Assembly (NCBI GenBank): GCA_951406725.2 | Contig: OX597830.1 | Location: 60,388,001-60,452,000, forward strand | DNA: 64,000 nt | Direction of reading: 5' to 3' | DNA from: Octopus vulgaris | Lineage: Eukaryota | Part shown: piece by piece, positions 13,819 through 28,458 of the stretch | How positions within the stretch are numbered: the stretch's first letter is position 1 | Layout of the letters: each line of letters begins with the position of its first letter | Position numbers and translations under genes: made by a program | Notes under the pieces: model-generated | Seen by the model: only the letters and a program-made list of their open reading frames with translations | The model's database searches: none | What the model was told of the DNA's origin: nothing

Positions 13819-14053
13819 TGTTTCTTTACTACCCACAAGGGGCTAAACACAGAGAGGACAAACAACGACAGACAAACGGATTAAGAATATTACATCGACC
13901 CCCAGTGCTTAACTGGTACTTAATTTATCGACCTTGAAAGGATGAAAGGCAAAGTCGACCTCGGCGGAATTTGAACTCAGAACGTAACGGCTGACGAAAT
14001 ACGGCTACACATTTCGCCCGGCGTGCTAACATTTCTGCCAGCTCGCCGCCACT
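13819..14053 (-). mobile_element. Full-length SINE family B with 14-bp TSD
   Basis: TSD aaaccccgattata at 13805-13818 and 14054-14067; head ggcggcgagctggcagaa, B-box-like GAGTTCAAATTCC. Confidence 0.92.
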
Positions 14054-14712
14054 AAACCCCGATTATAACGTACTAAGGATGTCAAGGTTGTAAGCTTTTT
14101 TAAGGAGCTGGATGGTGGGGTAAATATCTCTGGAATACTTCAAGTTGGTTTTCATATTTTCCGCGGTTTTGGTTTTCGTGAGAGCGTTTTTTTTTTCCTT
14201 TTTTTTTCTTTTCACTATTAAAATTTTACTTGACGTCTGTATGTAAAGTTTTCTACTGTCAGTGTTTTTTCCATTTCATCTAATTCAGACCATTGTTGGT
14301 CTCATGGGAATTTTCCTGTGTCTGTCAATGACATTTTTGTGAACTTTGGTTTCTGTCTCTGAGTTATACATAATGCATATAACTTCCACCATTGTCATAG
14401 GCAGCGTCAGTGTCACGTCTGTCTTGCGTAGAGACCATTCCAGCTCGACGATCGCATTCTTGATTGATTTCCAATGAGCTTTGTCGTTTATATACACACA
14501 CACACATATATATATATATAGGGAGAGAGAGAGAGAGAGAGAGAGAATGAGATACATACATATGTATATACATATATGTATATATATATGTATATATATA
14601 TGTATATACATATATGTATATATATATGTATATATATATGTATATACATATATATATATATATATAGGGAGAGAGACAGAGAGAGAATGAGATACATACA
14701 TATGTATATACA

Positions 14713-14855
<143 letters not shown>

Positions 14856-15364
14856 GAGAGAGAGATACATATGTATATACATACATGTACACACACACAC
14901 GCATACTCGCACAGAAACATATATATGTATATATACATATGAAAACAGATACAATACATGTAGATGTACATAAATATTTGATCACACACACACAAAGACA
15001 ACAAGAGATAGAAACAAAGAGAATGGGGGGGAGGCTGTAGTTTAAACGATTGCCGCAGAATTTTCGAAGAGAATAAACGGGAGATTGGTCGGAGCGAGTT
15101 GTCTTCCTTTCTAAACTTCTTTTCCTTTTTCTTTCTACTCTTTGGTGATTTCTTCAGGATTGAACCCATTTATTGACAATTGTAAACGGAAATTTGCAGC
15201 GGATGAATTTTATTCTGAACTAACCAACTTCTTATTTTTATTTATTCATCTATTTATTGAGCGGAAAGTATGACGGCATTTCTCTTATCAGAAGAAAAGA
15301 GAGAGAGACAGAGAGAGACAGAGAGAGAGACAGAAAGAGAGACAGAGAGAGAGAGAGAGACAGA

Positions 15365-15405
<41 letters not shown>

Positions 15406-15634
15406 CATAGAGCAATCATACGCTTCTCTATGTTGCGGTTTTGCTGTAGTTAGAAAATGGATTTAATCCTGATCAACGAACTGAAGGGATGAAACAAGAG
15501 CGGGGAAAAAATTAGATGTTCTGGCCTGAGGACAAAAGAAATAGATTCACTTTAAACCTTATTTCATCCTCATTAAGTCTCTTTAACTACTGCACACAAC
15601 TCCATGTATATTTTGTGTGTGTGTGTGTGTGTGT

Positions 15635-15712
<78 letters not shown>

Positions 15713-15875
15713 CACAACAACTGCAGGAAATTAAAAGTTTCTTGAAAATTCTTTGCATTCAGTAATCCACTAGCATGGACGTTGAACAGATGTATACTGA
15801 CGGGCTCTCACAAACTGAACCGTGCACATACTTTCATGCATACATACATGCATACATAGACATACACACACGTAG

Positions 15876-15930
<55 letters not shown>

Positions 15931-15932
<2 letters not shown>

Positions 15933-16092
15933 CGCAGGAGTGGCTGTGTGGTAGGTAGCTTGTTTACCAACCACATGGTTCCGGGTTCAGTTCCACTGCG
16001 TGGCACCTTGGGCAAGTGTATTCTACTATAGCCTCGGGCCAACCAAAGCCTTGTGAGTGGATTTGGTAGACAGAAACTGAAAGAAGCCCGTC

Positions 16093-16093
<1 letters not shown>
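15931..16093 (+). mobile_element. SINE family A, 5' half
   Basis: ggcgcaggagtggctgtgtgg head through gaagcccgtcg, ending in (TA)n. Confidence 0.9.
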
Positions 16094-16166
<73 letters not shown>

Positions 16167-16167
16167 T

Positions 16168-16271
16168 AAATCGATTACATCGACCCCAATCATCCACTGG
16201 TACTCATTTTATCGACTCCGAAAGGATGAAAGAAAGTCGACCTCGGCCGAATTTGAACTCCGAACGTAAAG
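16168..16271 (-). mobile_element. SINE family B fragment
   Basis: tcgattacatcgacccc...gaaaggatgaaa..aaagtcgacctcgg. Confidence 0.8.
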
Positions 16272-16440
16272 GTACCAAAGATAAAATTCTTAGTGAAGAT
16301 TATTCTGTAACCTCTTATTTTAGTGTAACTCACTGCTTTGTACATTGTTCTCGATGTGTGGGTCTATCATATACTTTGTGTGGGTGAGAGGGAAGGAGAA
16401 AGAAAGAGAGACAGACAGAGAGACTGAAAGAGACACTGAG

Positions 16441-16473
<33 letters not shown>

Positions 16474-16929
16474 ATGAGTGTGTCGCGTGCGTATATACAT
16501 ATGTAATTGTGTGGGTGGTAACGATGCGTTCATGTAAATAAACATGAATGCGACTACATACACTACCAGTACATATAGTTGAACATTTTAAGTTTTATTT
16601 CATATATTCAGAGTCATACACATTTTTCATTGTTACTATTTTGTACACTGACAAGGAGTAATATGCTACTATATATATTCGTTCATTCTACTTTGATAGA
16701 ATGAGAAAATAAAAGCAGAAATCATTACTATAATGAAATATTTGATATATTGACATCATAATAGAACTCTGCATTGATTGTATACTCGGTCAGCAAGCAC
16801 GCCTTGCAGGCTAGATAACATTGAAACCAATATTTACATTCAGAATGAAAGGCACAGCAAATACACAGTGAATTCCACGCATTAAGTTAACTTTTTATAG
16901 CGAGTTGAAAAGGGTTTATTTTTAACCTT

Positions 16930-17140
16930 GAGCTGGCAGAATCGTTAGCGCACCGGGTAAAGTACTTAGCTGCATTTCGTTCGTCTTTATGATCTGAGTT
17001 CAAATTCTACCGAGACCAACTTTGCCTTTCAATCTTTCAGAGTCGATAAAATAAGCACCAGCTGAGCAGTGGAGTCGATGTAATTGACTCACCCACTCTC
17101 TCCGGATTTACTGGCCTTGTGCCAAAATTTGAAACCAATA
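16930..17140 (+). mobile_element. SINE family B, diverged, alternative tail
   Basis: gagctggcagaatcgttagc...gagttcaaattc...ggccttgtgccaaaatttgaaacc. Confidence 0.8.
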
Positions 17141-18004
17141 TTTAATATTTAGAGTTCTATAAGTTTTACAGATGACTAGTCACAGAATAGATGGTGTATA
17201 ACTACTACGTTCCTGAAGATGCATGAACGTGTGTCTGCGTGTATGTGTCTGCGTGTATGTATGTATGTATGTATGTATGTATATATGTATGTACGTACGT
17301 ATGTATGTACATATATACGAATCATATGAATGTGTATGCATGTATGTATGTGTGTGTGCATGTATGTGGGTGCGTGTAAGCTGTTGCAGTAAAGCAAGCA
17401 GCAAGTCATAGTAGCTGTAGAATGACAAACATCTTTTCTTAAAAATCTAAGACAAATCTTACGATAACAGGATTATGCCTCAAGATATTCCTACCGCTAA
17501 GCAACGTTGCAAACAAATAATATACCCTGGATGTCTACCCCATTGCAACAATTATTTTAAATGGGAAAAGTCTGTTAGAAATTAGTAAAATGAATAAAAT
17601 TCAGTACCTGAAACACTTTCCACATACAATCAAGCAACATCCATCGCAGTTACAGAAGTACTTTTAATAGAAGTCATATCAAATGCAGAAGCATAAATTG
17701 GAGCTCATGGCCTGTTGTGTCAGGAAAGAAAGCAGCCATAAAAATTCCGCATCACTGGTCTTCGTATAAATCAACTCACCGAAATGATATTTGCAGAGCA
17801 TAACGCCGAAGAAGAACCTCGGAAAGTTGGAGCAACTTGACCACAAGACGGCATTCTTTCTGTTATGAAGAAGACTTCTCTGCTTAACTTTACCATCCGT
17901 TCTCTTTAGTTTTTCCTATAATAAAAAAGTATTTCACTCAATCCAATGCACCAAGTATATTAGTTGAAACACTAGATAATAATGTTGATAATCATGAGAA
18001 TATA

Positions 18005-18590
18005 CAGGGTGTTCAAAATAAATATTTATAAGATGGTATAAGACTACAACAGAATATATTAGACTTTACAAAACTCCATAAGAGCTGCTGAAAGTGTCGT
18101 CCTTCATTTTCAATGCATAAAATTTAATTTCTCTTTTACTGTCATGTAAGCACATCCTAGGCTGATTTCCTTTTTCCTGTGACAATTTGCGAAAGGACTT
18201 TGACGGGATTACCAACAGTTTATCAGGAATATTGGACAGTGTTTCGTCTGAAAGAACAGTAGACCTACCGCTTCTTGCTGCGTCTTCCACTGAGCCCGTG
18301 TTTCTAAATTTTCTTATCATATCACCCGCACAGTGTCACGATGTGGAACAGCAGTATTTGGGAAAGTTTCACTGAATTTCTGTTTCACAGTATCTGTGTA
18401 TTTATTTCCAGCTCGAAACACCCATTCAACTAAAAACGTACGTCCTTCAATGGTTTGCATGTCGCCACGCTGAACGGTACACAATGACTGAGTGACAATG
18501 GCTGACATCCGGCCGCGCACGCAGTGATAGCCAAGTTGCGCAGGCGCAGGATGAAAACTTTCACTGCGGAGAGATTTTTTGAACACCCTG
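18005..18590 (-). mobile_element. Internally deleted Tc1/mariner-superfamily element with TIRs and TA TSD; N-terminal HTH remnant
   Basis: TIRs CAGGGTGTTCAAAA / TTTTGAACACCCTG flanked by TA. Minus-strand peptide RTFLVE..F...YT..VKQKFSETFPN..VPHRDTV...IRKFRNTGSVEDAARSGR...PSKSFRKLSQE. Confidence 0.88.
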
Positions 18591-19859
18591 TATAAAGTAA
18601 AGTAAACACCCACAATCTTCGCCGACCATAGGAGAGCAAAAAATATAATTCATTTACGTCATCCACATGGAAACCAACAGTTAAGCTTGTGTTAAACTTT
18701 TCCGGCATTAGAAATCGAACTGAAAATACTTATGTGGTGAGGGTAAATGATGTTAGAGGCTAATGTTATTTTCACTTTCTGAAAGTACAGGAGAAAACTT
18801 TGTACTGGTTTCAATCTTATTATGACCTCATCAACAAAATAGTGCCTTGAGCATACTTGCCGAAGTAGTAATAAAAGTATCAGAAGAGGAAAATAGGGGG
18901 ATTAATAATAATACAGAAATATGTTCGAAGTTGTTTCCACTAGCAGCCAAAACAAATTTAAAATAATATTAGTCCACGTGTAATTAGTTTTCCGTCAACC
19001 CATACTTATTTCTGTTAGCTTTCTTTATACTCTCTGCATTAATTATATAAAAGCTAACTTTATTCTGTGTAGAATTAGGAGAGTATGTTCGTGCAGAAAC
19101 TTTTGCACGTCTCCTAAAAAGATTCAACCTTTAGCCAACAGAAATTTCAGTTAAGAGAGAGAGAGACATAAAATCTGAACTGACCTAAAATGTTTAAATT
19201 CAAGACAATGGCAATAAACTGAAGTAATTTAAATTCCTGAAAATTTCCGACGTAGTCACAAGGCCAAGAATTTGAAGGGAGGAAATGAGTCAGTAGGTTA
19301 ATTCGACACCAGTATTTTATTTTAAGATGGAAAATAAAGCTGATCCAAACGGGATATGTACACAGGACGGAAGGTCCGTATTTAAATACCATCAGGCATT
19401 TCCACCAATGCTCTGACGATTGTACTGTGGATTATTGCGCCCAACCCCTATCTGTAGGCAACTCAACAGTTCTACACAATGACGAGTGTTTCACTTAACC
19501 AACTGATTTACAGAGAATGAGAATCGAGAGCTTTAAGATTCCCCTACTTAAACATTGAATTTAATACGTAGCGATGTTGAATATCTGGAGGTTTCTGGAG
19601 GAACAGACGCTGAACTTCGGCATTTTAATTTGTGCAAATCTTTTAGTGCCACTTTTCAAATGTTCCATCTTCCTTCTAAATTAGTCTTAGATTGTTCTTC
19701 AATATGCCTATCTAAAAATGCGTAAGGGACCTACTGCATAGATACCTCTTGTCCGTTCATTCATACAACAAATGATACGGAAAATTCCCCTGCCACTGCC
19801 ATCGTAAGAATAATAACCATTATAGAAGGAATAACTCCCAATCATTGACAGAGCGCAAA

Positions 19860-20090
19860 GGCGGCGTGCCGGTAGAAACGTTAGCACGCCGGGCGAAATG
19901 CTTAGCGGTATTTCGTCTGCCGCTACGTTCTGAGTTCAAATTCCACCGAGGTCGACTTTGCCTTTCATCCTTTCGGGGTCAATTAAATAAATACCAGTTA
20001 CGCACTGGGGTCGATGTAATCGACTTAATCCCTTTGTCTGTCTTTGTTTGTCCCCTCTACGTTTAGTCCCCTGTGGGCAATAGAGAAATA
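19860..20090 (+). mobile_element. SINE family B
   Basis: Homologous over its length to 13819-14053 and 47048-47282. Confidence 0.9.
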
Positions 20091-20119
20091 AAGGATTAGA
20101 TTCAGTAAAGCAACGTTGA

Positions 20120-20205
<86 letters not shown>

Positions 20206-21700
20206 GATGTTTGCATCCATTATTCGCAGATATAGTAAGCGGTTTCCGTTGTAGTTCAGGCAGTTAAATGTGTTTCAAGTTGTGAAGAAGACAAGAAAAG
20301 TGTAACGTTTAGAAAATTTGACTTTCTTGGAGAGGAATAAAAATTGAGATTTTAACACTAGGATGCATTTTTGAAACCCAGTGTTTTAAAAACTTTATTT
20401 TTCTTTCTCCACCTGAAGAAAGAATAAAGTCCGAAACGTTACGATTCTCTTTTCTTACTCAGTGCATAAAATAGATTCCACTGTTAAAACTGTTTGAAAG
20501 TTGTTGTACGTGTGTATCTGCGATGTTTGCATATGGTGTTTGTATATGTTTTTACCGCAATATAATCATATATTGTTCCACATTCCACCACCACTTACAC
20601 ACGCACGCACATACACACACAAACACACTCACACACACACATGTACACACATATTTACGCACACGCATATGCGCACACGCACATACACACATGTAAACAC
20701 TCACGCACAAATTCTCTCACACAAGGATGTAATTAATTAAAGCCCACTGTTTCCGACATAACGTATTTCATTAGTTTTCTCTCTAATTCTTCTTCCATTC
20801 ACTCATTTATCTCTCTTGCCTTCGCAATATCCTTTCTTTCTGCCTAAATTACCGATTCACTCATTTATTCGTTGTCTTTAATCCATTTCTTCCTCCTCTC
20901 TTCGATCAATATTTCTTTCTTCCTTTCCTTCTGTATATTAGTGTGTTTTTTTTTTCGTCTCTTCGTGCATTTGCCTTTCAATTTAACCAAACTCCCCTTC
21001 TGTCAATCAGTTCAACACGTCTCTCCCAATTCTACTAACAAGAAATCCTTTCATATCTCTCTCACTCTCGCTTCCCCAATCATTCTTTGTTTTTCTCACT
21101 TCCTCTCTCACAATCACTTTAATGATTTTACTCTCTCCCTCTCTCTCTCTTTCTCCTTTTTCATCTCCTTTCACTCTGTCTCTCACTCTTTCTGTTTCTA
21201 TTTCTTTTTCATTCAATCATTCTCCTTTCTGCCTGCTTCTTATACTTTTGTGTTTTCTTACATTTCACCGTTCTTTCCTCATCAGTTCTTTACATTAAGG
21301 ATTTCTTTCTTCTTGTTATATAACATGTTTTCAGGAACTCTCCTGGTTTAAGGTCGGATAGGGTCGAGGCAAGATGAAGACAGACGTAAAGAAATGAGAG
21401 AAATTAGGCAGAGAAATACGCAGTTTTACAAACTGACTGATTGATGAATTTGTGTCGCTAGATACACAGGTGTATGTATGTATGTATGTGTGAATGTATG
21501 TATGTATGTATGTATGTGTGAATGTATGTATGTATGTATGTATGTATGTATGTATGTATGTATGTATGTATGTATGTATGTATGTATGTATGTATGTATG
21601 TATGTATGAATGTATGTATGTATGTATATATGTACGGATGTATGTATGTATGTATGTAAGCATGAAAGCATGAATGTAAGTATTTATGCATTATGTAAGT

Positions 21701-21738
21701 ACTAGAGTGTTACCCGTCTTATGGCGAGTAACTCTGGA
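21701..21738 (-). mobile_element. Probable Helitron 3' terminus (hairpin + CTAG)
   Basis: Minus strand reads ttactcgcc-ataa-gacgggtaa-cact-CTAG-t. Confidence 0.5.
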
Positions 21739-21773
21739 TAATTTCATGAAATACGTATACATACAATCAAATT

Positions 21774-22158
<385 letters not shown>

Positions 22159-22199
22159 TGTATGTATGTATGTATGTGTGTATGTATGTATTATATATG

Positions 22200-22438
22200 T
22201 ATGTGTGTGTATATCTTTGTATGTCTGTTTGTCCCCCACCCAACATCGCTTGACAATCGATGCTGGCGTGTTCATGTCCCCGCAACTTAGCGGTTCGGCA
22301 AAATTGACCGATAGAATAAGTAATAGACTTACAAAGACTCACAGTGTCCTGGGATCGATTTGTTCGACTAAAGGCGATGCTCCAGCATGGCCGCTGTCAA
22401 ATGACTGAAATTGTGTAAAAGAGTAAAGGAGTAAAGAG
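22200..22438 (+). mobile_element. SINE family A, 3' half
   Basis: tttgtccccc.cccaacatcgcttgacaa...cttagcggttcggcaaaa...gactaaaggc.gtgctccagcatggccg...gtaaaagagtaa. Confidence 0.88.
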
Positions 22439-22447
22439 TGTGTGTAC

Positions 22448-22523
<76 letters not shown>

Positions 22524-22524
22524 G

Positions 22525-22560
<36 letters not shown>

Positions 22561-22561
<1 letters not shown>

Positions 22562-22745
22562 TTTATTTAAAGCAGCAGAAAATTCAACAAAACGTGTTAC
22601 TCTGAGTGTCCGATGAACGGCAACGGGAAACTCAGAGTAACAAGTTTTGTTGAATTTTCTGCTGCTTTAAATAAAGCATATTACTCTACCAGTGGTATTT
22701 GAGTACTCTTTTTTCCACCTTGTTTCACATTTATGTGTTTACTCC

Positions 22746-22748
<3 letters not shown>
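22561..22748. mobile_element. Second palindromic Penelope-like terminal remnant with hammerhead motif at 22607-22646 (+)
   Basis: Same family as 5729-5954 in opposite orientation, embedded in (TA)n; CCGATGA-ACG GCAA CGG-GAAA-CTCAGAG-TA. Confidence 0.7.
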
Positions 22749-22809
<61 letters not shown>

Positions 22810-23155
22810 AATTATAATTGTAATTATAATTAACTATAATTACAACAGAGGGTGCACGAGGTACCTACTTGCTAGAAACAGGAGGTAAAAAATCCCCAAG
22901 TAAACCACACCACCGAATTACACTGAGATATACAACGTGTCAACAGAAATCGCGCAAGTGCGTAAGGACAAATCAAAATCATCACAGACTAAAGCTGTAG
23001 AATGAAGAATACTTGGATGAGGATTCCGAGTTCTGGCTATTGCCTCAACTCTTCTCAGCAAGTATTAGCGTATGAAAAAACGGACTCAGCCCGTTGAAAT
23101 CCTTGTCGCCCTGAATTGTCCCGCGCAGATACATAACGACTTCAGTGCGTGTATG

Positions 23156-23211
<56 letters not shown>

Positions 23212-23608
23212 CTTTTACTCTTTTACTTATTTCAGTCATTTGACTGCGGCCATGCTGGAGCACCGCCTTTAGTCGAGCAACTCGACCCCGGGACTTATTC
23301 TTTGTAAGCCCAGTACTTATTCTATCGGTCACTTTTGCCGAACCGCTAAGTGACGGGGACATAAACACACCAGCATCAGTTGTCAAACAATGCTAGGGGG
23401 ACAAACACAGACACACAAACATACACGCACATATATATATATATACGACGGGCTTCTTTTAGTTTCCGTCTACCAAATCCACTCACAAGGCTTTGGTCGG
23501 CCCGAGGCTATAGTAGAAGACCCTTGCCCAAGGTGCCATGCAGTGGGACTGAACACGGAACCATGTGGTTGGTAAGCAAGCTACTTACCACACAGCCACT
23601 CCTGCGCC
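23212..23608 (-). mobile_element. Full-length SINE family A
   Basis: Complete head-to-tail match to 24570-25004 and 37040-37440. Confidence 0.92.
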
Positions 23609-24191
23609 TATATATATATATAAGGTCCAAGATTTTGTGATAAAAACATTGAGAAATTATGAATATTTATCATCTTGTTCAAGACATTTAGCGCTCCACA
23701 TGAAATCATGCCTGCAATGTAAAATCGAAACTACATTTCAGATTTACAGTACTGGGTGAAGGAACACCATTTTCATATTAAATATTGCTGTGGCTTGTTG
23801 GTGTTTCTCAGCAATTGTAATTTGATTTTAACCTGCTAGGCTTAAATCATGTGCTGCTACTGAATGTTAGGCATTGCACATAATGCTCTCCAAAATGGCT
23901 TCTTCGTCGTTCTGAGAATGCGTGATCGACCTGAATACAGAAGTAAAACAACTTCGACACAAACAACAATGAATGCCACACAGGAGCAACAGCACACACT
24001 TGAAATCAAACCATCTTGGTAACTTTATTCACTTAAATATCTCTTTAGCAGTTGCGGTGTCTCAGTAAGAGACGTGAGTAGAACCTACACCAATATAAAC
24101 AATTCCACTGCATGAAATAATAAAACAGCAAAAACCGAGGAAATTTGTGATATTCTACATCAGCAAAAGTAACACAAACAATTCAAACATG

Positions 24192-24550
<359 letters not shown>

Positions 24551-24569
24551 AAAAAAAAATGTACTATTA

Positions 24570-24735
24570 GGCGCAGGTGTGGCTGTGTGGTAAGTAGCTT
24601 GCTAACCAACCACATGGTTCCGGGTTCAGTCCCACTGCGTGGCATCTTGGGCAAGTGTCTTCTGCTATAGCCAGCCCCAGGCCGACCAATGCCTTGTGAG
24701 TGGATTTGGTAGACGGAAACTGAAAGAAGCCTGTC

Positions 24736-24784
<49 letters not shown>

Positions 24785-25004
24785 TGATTGTGTGTTTGTG
24801 TGTCTGTGTTTGTCCCCCTAGCATTGCTTGACAACCGATTCTTGTGTGTTTACGTCCCCGTCACATAGCGGTTCGGCAAAAGTGACCGATAGAATAAGTA
24901 CTCGGCTTACAAAGAATAAGTCCCGGGGTCGATTTGCTTGACTAAAGTCGGTGCTCCAGCATGGACGCAGTGAAATGATTGAAACAAGTAAAAGAGTAAA
25001 AGAG
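24570..25004 (+). mobile_element. Full-length SINE family A
   Basis: A-box TGGCTGTGTGG, B-box GGTTCAGTCCC, internal (TA)n, tail gtaaaagagtaaaagag. Confidence 0.92.
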
Positions 25005-25533
25005 TATTATTTTTCTACTCTATTTTAAAAAGACAAACACGCTCTAGCTATTATCAACTGATTTTTATATGTGTTAGCCTTCCCAATCACCTAGACCCTC
25101 TGAAGAAGCCTAACATTCATTATCCAAGCGTTACCTGCACATCCCTTCCTAACACTGAAGAGATGGAAATAACCTGGAAGATGTCGTTACCTCTTGACAG
25201 AAAATGCCGTAAGGAACTAGCACCTACACACCTGTTCGGTTTTACTGACAATCTCCATTTACTCAATTAATCACCTGTTCCTATACGATTCTTTGCTTCC
25301 AAAACCTTGTTTTACCAACTCTTTCTATTTGATAATCTGTACCACTAATCCATGTGTATGTATGTTTATCTAATACACTGGAATAAATTGACATACTGGA
25401 ATGTTTACCAGCTGGAGTCTGTCGATTCTGTATCCTCTCCACTTTCTTATTTGCCGTAAAAATCAAGGGTAAACCACTTTTTACCCCCGCCCATATATAA
25501 CACTCAATTGCTGTAAAATTATGTAAAATGCCT

Positions 25534-25685
25534 TCATACATAGAGATATGAATGGCTGGGAAAATTAAAATGCCTAGTTACAGGTTTGAAGATAGCTTTG
25601 GTGTTATTACAAGCACCATGAAGGTGCCTGCAAGAGCGATAACCTAAACGACGTCCGGTTTCAGCCCTGACCCCTATGAAGATCG
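25534..25685 (-). pseudogene. Decayed GIY-YIG endonuclease of a Penelope-like element
   Basis: FIG..AETGRRLGYR.CRHL......KPVTRHFNFPSHS resembles the PLE motif YIGETGRRL..RF.EHL....PVA.HFN.P.HS. Confidence 0.65.
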
Positions 25686-26305
25686 TTTGTTTGAAGTCTG
25701 TCCCTGAATTTACCGGTAATTTGTCATTCTTTGTTGCTGTGTACTTGATATATGGGGAAAGATTAAATAAAACAGGATTACAATTAAATTTCAAATACAA
25801 TCAATCACTGACGGTGGTGAAATTTCTGTTTGTTTACACTTGGTTAGTCACGTGTTGTAATCGTCATCGAAAATTTGAAGCGTTGCAGTAAGGAAAGAAC
25901 ATGTAGAAACTGGCTATCAAACTACCAATGGAAGACCATCTGAACTACTTACCCACGGCGGACAGTGTTACAGAAAGCAACACTTTCCCGCTTCATTTAG
26001 CTGCCATGATGGAATAATGGAAGTTCGAAATATTACATTCATTATGAACAGTCATCATCGTCGTCGTCGTCGTCGATTTCATTGTCATCACCACCACCAA
26101 CAACAACAACATCTCGGGAGGAAATGCTTTTTACGTACACACACACATGCACACACACATACACACATATACACACACAATAATGTAAGCACACACAAAT
26201 ACATAAATAAATATATATATATATAAGCAAACAAACGCATCCACACACACATGCACCAAACACACACACACATACACACACATATACAGAAACAAAGGGA
26301 AATAA

Positions 26306-26451
<146 letters not shown>

Positions 26452-26630
26452 TTTACCTCATCTATCTTCATACATGAAGCTACATTGTCCAATATGTCAT
26501 TTCCTAATCTAGGATTGTTAGGTGGGATTTGATAGAAATTCACTGCTATATCTAGCAAGTCGCGCGCTCGCACAGAGACCATTTGTGGTTAGCTCGAAAT
26601 AGACTTTGGTGTTGTCGGTTAGCTCTAGAC

Positions 26631-26846
26631 CAGGGGTGGGCAAACTTTTTTGATCGCGGGCCGCACAGTGCGTCTTTGGAATCTTGGCGGGCCTCATTTA
26701 TAAAAATCAAGTGAAAATATTGTGAATTACCGTACAGTTACGAAGTATCTGCATAGAAGTTGGGATTCATAAAAGCTCTCGGCGGGCCGCATGAAAACCT
26801 ATGGCGGGCCGCATGCGGCCCGCGGGCCGTAGTTTGCCCACCCCTG
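26631..26846. mobile_element. 216-bp hAT (Charlie/SPIN-like) MITE with perfect TIRs and 8-bp TSD
   Basis: TIR CAGGGGTGGGCAAACT / AGTTTGCCCACCCCTG; TSD CTCTAGAC at 26623-26630 and 26847-26854; subterminal gcgggccgc repeats. Confidence 0.95.
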
Positions 26847-26991
26847 CTCTAGACCAACCATTGATGAAAAGCTATGACGAAAGACATCCAGTCATGTCTA
26901 TTTCGCCGTTTGTACACCAGAAATAACATTGTTCCGCACAGATTTTGTTTTAAGTGTGTGGCTGTATGAATTTTGGCAACTATCTTTCTCA

Positions 26992-27049
<58 letters not shown>

Positions 27050-27056
27050 CCTTTGC

Positions 27057-27138
<82 letters not shown>

Positions 27139-27586
27139 GAGCAAAAGCCCCCCGTCCAATGGACAGGGCTGAGTTGTCAAACATTTAAACCAAATTTTCT
27201 CAAAACAACTTGTCCGACTGTCAGTTGCCTGCGCAATCAGGCCTCCCCTTTGAGAAACACTGATTTAACCTAAATTTGAGACACCAGCAAAAGAAGAAAT
27301 AAAGATAAACTTTTTTCTATTTCAAAGAAAAACGATTTTATTCACACAAATATGCAACCGAAGAGTTTAAAGTACCTGAATGATAAGGCTGTTGACTGGG
27401 AGAACACAAACATGGTCTAAATAGTAAGCTTGGCAGGAAAGAAACGTGCCTTTAAGCAGTACAAAAACAACAAAAAATGAAAGGTGCAGTTATGTAGAGG
27501 TTGATGGAAGAAAAACGGTTTTATCGATCACATTCTCATCTGGAATCGATTTTTGTAATTTTTTCAAGACTTATACACGCTCTGAT

Positions 27587-27850
27587 ACCGCTAAGTTACG
27601 GCGACGTAAACACACCAGCATCGGTTGTCAAGCGATGTTGGAGGGACAAACAGACACACAAACATATACACACACATACATATATATATATATATACATA
27701 TATACGACGGGCTTCTTTCAGTTTCCGTCTACCAAATCCACTCACAAGGCTTTGGTCGGCCCGAGGCTATAGTAGAAGACACTTGAAGCAAGGTGCCACG
27801 CAGTGTGAATGAACTCGGAACCATGTGGTTGGTAAGCATGCTACTTACCA
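27587..27850 (-). mobile_element. SINE family A, partial
   Basis: Body motifs on the minus strand. Confidence 0.85.
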
Positions 27851-27870
27851 GATATATATATATATACCAC

Positions 27871-27905
<35 letters not shown>

Positions 27906-27914
27906 CACACACAC

Positions 27915-27966
<52 letters not shown>

Positions 27967-27986
27967 GCCACATATATATATGTGTG

Positions 27987-28022
27987 TTTTTTTATTAGCC
28001 ACACAGGGCTGAACACAGAGAG

Positions 28023-28024
<2 letters not shown>
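27987..28024 (-). mobile_element. Very short 3' stub of an L1/Tx1-like LINE at the edge of (GATA)n
   Basis: tttattagccacacagggctg.acacaga matches 42194-42226 and 42419-42450. Confidence 0.7.
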
Positions 28025-28104
<80 letters not shown>

Positions 28105-28107
28105 GAG

Positions 28108-28200
<93 letters not shown>

Positions 28201-28201
28201 G

Positions 28202-28270
<69 letters not shown>

Positions 28271-28398
28271 TGTAAGCATGTATACAGACAGTGCGTATTT
28301 TGTGCATGTACAAATATGTAATTTATGAGAGACAGCATTGAAATACGTACAAGATATTGCTTATATATATAGTTTCAGTCAAAACTGTAATTAATTAT

Positions 28399-28458
<60 letters not shown>

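Noticed and set aside
15120-15272. Possible small exon (polypyrimidine tract + CAG, short open frame)
   Set aside because: Weak donor and no recognisable protein similarity.
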